The notes below the pieces were generated by a model. That model searched no databases and was not told the origin of the DNA. It worked only from the letters and a program-made list of their open reading frames with translations. Positions 62,299 to 64,000 of a stretch of DNA of 64,000 nucleotides are shown in pieces. The first letter of the stretch is position 1. Each line of letters begins with the position of its first letter. The translations under genes and the position numbers were made by a program. The DNA is from the human T2T-CHM13v2.0 reference genome, Homo sapiens. Location of the stretch: the NCBI RefSeq assembly GCF_009914755.1, contig NC_060926.1; one strand, given 5' to 3'.

Positions 62299-63911
62299 GC
62301 ATTCTTTACAAAATTATAGTAAGGCTATAACTTTGTAACCATCTATGACAAAGTAGAGTTACTTTAAACTGAAAACTTTGTTTCAAAATACAATCATGAG
62401 TAAATTGCTTTTTTACAGTAGCACTGTGCTTTATAAATTAGTAATTCAGAAGCATTTATGAAAATTTAGTTAATACTGCATAACTACTTCAGTTATAGAA
62501 ACATAAACATAATAGTAAAAATGGCAATGTTATTAAGCTTTTCTTTTCTAATAAAAGGAAAATGATGGATTTTAGCATAAACATAAGAGGAATTTATGGA
62601 TTCTCCAGTTCATTGTAAAAAATGCCCAAAGACAATAACTTTAGGCAGTCAGGATATTCTGAGAAACATGAACTGAGCTTCATAGAGTGATTAAGACATG
62701 AGAATTGCTCAATGTTGCTATGAGTAAATATTAAAGAGCAAACCAATCTAAATTATTTTCTAATAATTTCATTTCAAAAATACTAAAATTTTTCTTCCTA
62801 CCTGAAAAATATTTAAATAGTTCAATGTTTTTTAATAATAATTTTATAACTGCTATGGAAATAGACTTGCAATAGGCATCTACAATCTAAAAGGCATCTC
62901 ATTAGATTAGGAAATACTTTTAAGTTACATGCTACAATGCACAGGGGATATTCTATCGAGATTACTTTGAATCATCTTTGGATGGACAGAGGAAAATGAG
63001 GATAAGAGGGGTGGACTGATTTATCAACAAAGAGCTCCAGTTCAACCTATTTAAGATATGAGGCATGTAGGTAAAGTTTCACTTAAACAAAAGGTTTCAC
63101 TGCTGAAAAACAATCACTCTATTAAGTTATCAGGTTATCAGGCCATCAGTTTCTATGACAAATTGCAAAGCAAGTCTAAGGAGATATAGCATCTGTTACT
63201 AGCATCAACAGCCAAGATAATCAGTTTGGGGAATATCTATAATTTTGGAATATTGTGAAATATAGGTCAGAAAGTCATGACAAAACTAATTTGAAATTTA
63301 ATCAATATTTTGAAATAACATGTAACAACATTTAGGTAAGTAAATTTACATTAAAACAAATTGCTATATTACTATAATGAATTTTGGAATGGTCACCACA
63401 TCCATATGGCTGAAAAGATGAAGCCACTGCCCTACTGTATTTTTTGAGGTTTCAATTATGGTTTTAAATGCAATCATTTCAATCCTGTGTTTTTATAGTT
63501 GCACATTACATGTTGTTATTTTACAACAAGAAGTATTAACTTCAACAATTCGTTTTTCTCTGAACAATATGATTTGAAGGCCATCACTATCTTCTTATAA
63601 TTTATTACTATCTGAAAAAAAATTGTTCTAATTATTCATTGTTGCTTTTTCTCCATTTAACTAGAATTTAAACTCTGAAAGACTAGAGCCCTTTTTTATC
63701 TTATTCACTGATTTAACTTTAGCACCCAGAAGAATGTCTAGCACATAATTAGGCAGTCAATAAATTTTGTTGGATGGACAAACCATTGTTTCTTATGGTC
63801 TAAAATTTAATCTCTCTATATTTTAGCTCCACAATCTGTAAAATGGGGCTGATAAGGAAGAAAAGTGAATTAGGTTTTGTTTGTATCTCACAGAACACTA
63901 AACTTTAAATA

Positions 63912-63990
63912 TTGGGTTGGTGAAAAAGTTATTGTGGTTTTTACCTTACTGTCAATGACAAAAACCACAATAACTTTTGCACCAATTTAA
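63912..63990. mobile_element. MADE1-like mariner MITE with TA flanks
   Basis: ttgggttggtgaaaaagttattgtggttttt ... aaaaaccacaataacttttgcaccaatttaa; TA at 63910-63911 and 63991-63992. Confidence 0.9.
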
Positions 63991-64000
63991 TAATTTGACA

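Overview
AT-rich, repeat-dense human intergenic or deep-intronic DNA; species is inferred from a human-specific L1HS and AluY/S/J elements. I find no convincing host protein-coding gene, RNA gene or CRISPR array. The dominant feature is a full-length (~6.0 kb), minus-strand L1HS of pre-Ta type (ACG/G diagnostics) at ~12779-18817 with a 15-bp TSD. Its ORF1 and antisense ORF0 are intact. Its ORF2 keeps the 1275-codon frame but carries two nonsense codons (S4*, Y1180*). The rest is a layered TE fossil record: about 9 Alus, truncated L1PA/L1M pieces (one with a twin-priming-type inversion, one with a 72-bp tandem duplication), ERV1/ERVL/MaLR LTRs, Tigger4 and two MADE1-like MITEs. The least obvious signals are a probable ancient R4/Dong-like RT relic (~57.0-58.3 kb, minus) and a templated-insertion scar in an MLT2 LTR (~26.1 kb). 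I see no evidence of a genuinely new biological system. Repeat subfamily names come from recalled consensus sequences and need RepeatMasker/Dfam confirmation.
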